This document shows positions 63,098-64,000 of a stretch of 64,000 nucleotides of DNA, piece after piece (position 1 is the first letter of the stretch; each line of letters begins with the position of its first letter). Source of the stretch: Oscillospiraceae bacterium (GTDB lineage: Bacteria > Bacillota > Clostridia > Oscillospirales > CAG-272); NCBI GenBank assembly GCA_015064445.1, contig SVSE01000002.1, positions 224,628 to 288,627 on the forward strand. The letters are read 5' to 3'. A model generated the notes under the pieces. The model was not told the origin of the DNA. It saw only the letters and a list, made by a program, of their open reading frames with translations, and ran no database searches. The translations under genes and the position numbers were made by a program.

Positions 63098-63625
63098 TTA
63101 CAAGTTGGTATGGAATGCTTTTACAATCTCTGACTCATTGCTTATCATATGTATTTTTGTCGAAACAACAACTCTTTCCGGCAAACCGCTTACATCGGTT
63201 TTTGGAACAACAATCAATACATTCATATGATGCTCCTCGGCAGTATAATCTCTTCCGTCAACAGCTTGTAGATGCCATTCAATTGTGAGCTTGTTTTCTT
63301 CAAAAGAGAGATTTGCAAATCCCAAATATCCGCTGGCGCTGGAGTAAACAGCATTGTTTAACATCAAAATATAATTGTCTTCAAAAACATCCTCATCAAA
63401 GTTTTCCAACGGAGCTTCGAGTATTGCTATTAGTTCATTGTAGTTTTTGCAAAGCTTGAACTCGGGGGCATCATCCTTCAAGGAAAACTCTCTAATTTCA
63501 TCGTAATATACGATTTCAAGAGGCTCCTCGCTTGACGAGCTACTCGACTCCTCGGGCGTGTCGCAAGCAACAAGCACTCCAAGGCATAAAAGCATTGCAA
63601 GTAATAGAGCTATTAGTTTTTTCAT
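63098..63625 (-). CDS. hypothetical lipoprotein
   Basis: MKKLIALLLAMLLCLGVLVACD lipobox followed by a Ser/Glu-rich linker. No recognisable domain. Confidence 0.6.
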   Translation of the reverse strand: MKKLIALLLAMLLCLGVLVACDTPEESSSSSSEEPLEIVYYDEIREFSLKDDAPEFKLCKNYNELIAILEAPLENFDEDVFEDNYILMLNNAVYSSASGYLGFANLSFEENKLTIEWHLQAVDGRDYTAEEHHMNVLIVVPKTDVSGLPERVVVSTKIHMISNESEIVKAFHTNL

Positions 63626-63717
63626 ATGATCAGCTCCTTTCCTAATTTTATTGTAGCATACGAAAAATGTGCTTGTAAACGCTTTTCACTTAATTTTCAG
63701 CAAATGTTCACAAAATC

Positions 63718-63743
63718 AAAAAGGCACTCGGTGAGTGCCTTTT
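63718..63743 (-). terminator. intrinsic terminator after the partial isomerase gene
   Basis: GGCACTC-GGT-GAGTGCC, flanked by A5 and T4. Confidence 0.65.
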
Positions 63744-63744
63744 G

Positions 63745-64000
63745 TTATTCCCAATAACCGAGATTTGGCTTTGGAGTTGAAAAAATTGTAAAATCCTTAC
63801 CCTCGAAAAGCTCGGTTGCGTTTCTTACAAAATCCTCGGGAGTAAGCTCTCGCTCACGGATTATGGTTTTCGGGAAGCCGAAGTCTATTTCATAGAGCCA
63901 AGGCCCCTTGTAGCCTACCTCTTTTAGTGCGCCAAGAATTGATTTCCAATCGTTTTTGCCCTCGCCTGGGAGCCAATGGCGCTCATTTACCATATCAAAA
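63745..64000 (-). CDS. sugar phosphate isomerase/epimerase (xylose isomerase-like TIM barrel), C-terminal part only
   Basis: HWLPGEGKNDWKSILGALKEVGYKGPWLYE resembles the C-terminal metal-binding region of AP endonuclease 2/xylose isomerase-like TIM barrels. The ORF runs off the window end. Confidence 0.55.
   Translation of the reverse strand, partial: FDMVNERHWLPGEGKNDWKSILGALKEVGYKGPWLYEIDFGFPKTIIRERELTPEDFVRNATELFEGKDFTIFSTPKPNLGYWE

Overview
This is a chromosomal segment from a moderately AT-rich Firmicute. Gene content and signals look Clostridia-like: GGAGG-type RBSs, TTGACA/TATAAT promoters, lipoprotein lipoboxes, an FMN riboswitch in front of ribU, and NiaR next to nadA/nadBC. I can support about 55 protein genes. 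Most are housekeeping: murC (5' partial), hslO, trmO, rbsK, nadA/nadB-nadC/niaR, kdgK, ogg, ribU, guaA, gpmI, lepA, hemW, nth, maf, zapA, proBA, thiI and ddh. Transport genes include PiT, a Na/Pi-PhoU protein, two ZIP transporters, MATE and NSS. I found no rRNA, tRNA, CRISPR array, transposase, integrase or recognisable defence gene.

The less ordinary parts are:
1. Three paralogous BspA-type LRR surface proteins (5125-7347, 11202-12758, 38005-41421). They share extracellular Cys/His knuckles and an unassigned C-terminal module of about 167 aa. Two of them sit behind a conserved, imperfectly palindromic upstream element that carries a poly-C tract (C10 vs C7), a plausible phase-variation switch.
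2. A TGTGCAA-N-TTGCACA palindrome family upstream of several secreted-protein genes.
3. Three clustered paralogs (24632-31251) that combine a discoidin-like module with a clan GH-A-like NEP/TEFGW barrel. Two are lipoproteins and one is cytoplasmic. I cannot assign a CAZy family.
4. An in-frame nadB-nadC fusion that keeps an internal RBS.
5. A guaA gene lacking the glutamine amidotransferase domain.
6. A 114-bp duplication of the alkaline-phosphatase 3' end that brackets a small-gene cassette.

All functional calls come from motif recognition by eye. No database search was run.
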